The notes under the pieces were generated by a model. It saw nothing but the letters and a program-made list of their open reading frames with translations, was not told where the DNA came from and made no database searches. A DNA stretch of 64,000 bases from Camelus ferus. Its lineage: Eukaryota. Location: positions 36,334,001 through 36,398,000 of the forward strand of contig NC_045696.1 in NCBI RefSeq assembly GCF_009834535.1, read 5' to 3'. Positions 62,080 to 64,000 of this stretch are shown here, one piece after another (positions within the stretch are counted from its first letter, which is position 1; each line of letters starts with the position of its first letter). A program made the translations under genes and the position numbers.

Positions 62080-63830
62080 GTTACATTCAACATTGGAGTA
62101 CAAAGAAATATGAAATTATATTTATCGTCAATAAATACAATCTAGTTGCAAAGATAGGACACAGATATGAAGAGTTAAGTCACAGTAGAAGGCAGTTTAA
62201 AATTATAAACAAAATAGTGAAATGTTAAATGGTGGAGTCATTATAAGCTGGAGATGTCAGGATGGCTAAGGGAAGTAGGGACCACGACTAAACCTACAGA
62301 GATGGAGAGAATGGAAGAGGGCACCTAGGATGGCAGAGCAGCATGAATAGAAGTGCCGATGCACACACAATGAAGCCTATTCATGGAATGGCAGTCTGGC
62401 TGAATTCCTGTGTACAACAAAGTGTGTAGGAAGAGATAAAGTTGAAAATGTATATATTATTTGAGACCTCAAGTAGGAATCCAAGGAGTTTGGACTTAAT
62501 AGGCAATGGCAATCCATTGAACTTTTTTCAGAAGAGGAATGCTGCACAGATTAAGTATTGAATAAGCATTTGTTAAAAGAATGAATGAATATGTAATAAA
62601 TATTTTAAGAAGAGTGATAGTTGGGAGAAGGTTAAATTGGAGGAAATAATATTGGTCTGGTCTGCACAATACTAAGGATCTGACACATGGCCTATATAGT
62701 CATAGGATCTGAGATAGGTCGCATCGTGAGGGTGGGACTTCAGAGGGAGGGATAAGTGGAAAGGAAGAATTAATAGCATTTGAAAACTAGATATGGTGGT
62801 GGGAGAGGGAGGAAGAAGAGGGGAAATTTAAAATGACTCTGGATTTCCAGTCTGGATATTCTTTTAAATGATTATAGCACTGTACAGTTTTTCTATATGT
62901 AAAATGAGGCAAATAAGGGTGTTTACCTCAAATACTCTATAATTTCTATTATTATTGTTAGATACATAAATGTTTAACACAGTGCTTGAGTGAATGTTGG
63001 TTTTCAATAAATAGTTGGTATTTAAATATTTTTTTGTCATCATTAATATTCTTTAATCACAATCCCCAAGTTCAAAAAGTTCTGAAAATATGTATTTTTT
63101 CATAACATGTTCAGTAACCTGACCTGAAGTCTTTTGTTAGCAAAAAACTTTACCTGAATTGACTGAGAAGTTATTTGTATCTTTATTTACTGTGTAAATA
63201 GTCATATATTTTGCTCCATAAATATTCATATATTTACAGTGAGAAGAGATACTTGGTTCAGCCTTATAACCTAGCTTTGCCTGTTTCCTTGACTCAACTC
63301 CTCAGCATATTTGTGAATGTGACAGTAGCCTTTATATCATTTTCTAGTTCAAAGGAACAAATGTGGATACTGACTGAGATATTCCTGGGACTGTTAAAAA
63401 ATATAGATTGGAGATACCTGACTGGCATTTCAGGCAATGAGTGAGAGCCATAGATAAGTGAAATTTTAAGCCATGAGAAGGATGGGACCTCCCAGAAAGA
63501 CTTCAGGGAGGAAGGAAAAGGCAGTGAGGTGATGATTGACTCTTGGGATGAGCACACAATGCACAGAATGAGAAGCCCTGCTTGGGTATCACAATGCAGA
63601 TGCTCAGGGTCGAAGCTGAGTCCGTTGGAATAGTTTGAGATGGGAGAGAGGCAGGGTTGTGCCAGAGTAGCCAAGGAAAGAATGAATTTTCAGGAGGAGC
63701 AGTTGATCACCAGTCACGGGCCACAGAGAGGTCAGAGGAAGGGAGAACAGTAACCACAGACTAGATTTGGTAACATGGTGGGTTCAAAGATGGTGACTGT
63801 GTAAACTGAGCTGCTTGCAGAGAGGTGAGA
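62080..63830 (-). mobile_element. L2 fragments with nested MIR/Tigger pieces
   Basis: aaggagtttggacttaataggcaatggcaatccattgaac...; aaatgactctggatttccagtctgg; ...gtcagaggaagggag...tagatttggtaacatgg. Confidence 0.6.
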
Positions 63831-64000
63831 ACAGAATCCTCGAGGATACAAGGTGGGAATGTCAGTGGCCTATCCAGGTTTTATTCTTGATTATATGCAC
63901 TACTGGTTGATCTAGGAACATAAGATTCATAAAATGATAGAACTTCATAGTTAAACCTGGTCATATATTCTATCCCTCTTGCTTTGCAGTTAAGGATACT

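Noticed and set aside
63294..63674. 126-aa minus-strand ORF
   Set aside because: It lies in a decayed L2; residual LINE ORF2-like sequence, not a gene.

Overview
AT-rich, repeat-rich mammalian genomic DNA, very probably camelid (four tRNA-derived vic-1-type SINEs). It covers the ARL13B-NSUN3 locus. The + strand carries the last coding exon (1087-1163) and 3'UTR of ARL13B, a CpG-island promoter (~7110-7620) and the complete six-exon NSUN3 gene (ATG 7520 to TGA 50525; 1014-nt CDS, 337 aa; mitochondrial tRNA-Met C34 m5C methyltransferase with both catalytic cysteines intact). The rest is introns and flanks full of MIR, L2, L1, LTR and DNA-transposon fossils. I cannot demonstrate a new biological system from sequence alone. 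The best leads are: (1) the DHFR2/DHFRL1 retrogene that lies here in human is absent, yet two consensus antisense splice donors and an in-frame 51-nt antisense exon in the ARL13B 3'UTR suggest a hidden spliced antisense transcript from the NSUN3 promoter; (2) a splice acceptor just upstream of the NSUN3 ATG is phase-compatible with an in-frame ARL13B-NSUN3 read-through fusion; (3) a premature stop trims three C-terminal residues of NSUN3 and leaves the ancestral stop behind it; (4) a uORF, an AG|GT recursive-type splice site and a candidate poison exon. Repeat subfamily names and boundaries were assigned by eye and are approximate; human comparisons are from memory and need confirming by alignment.
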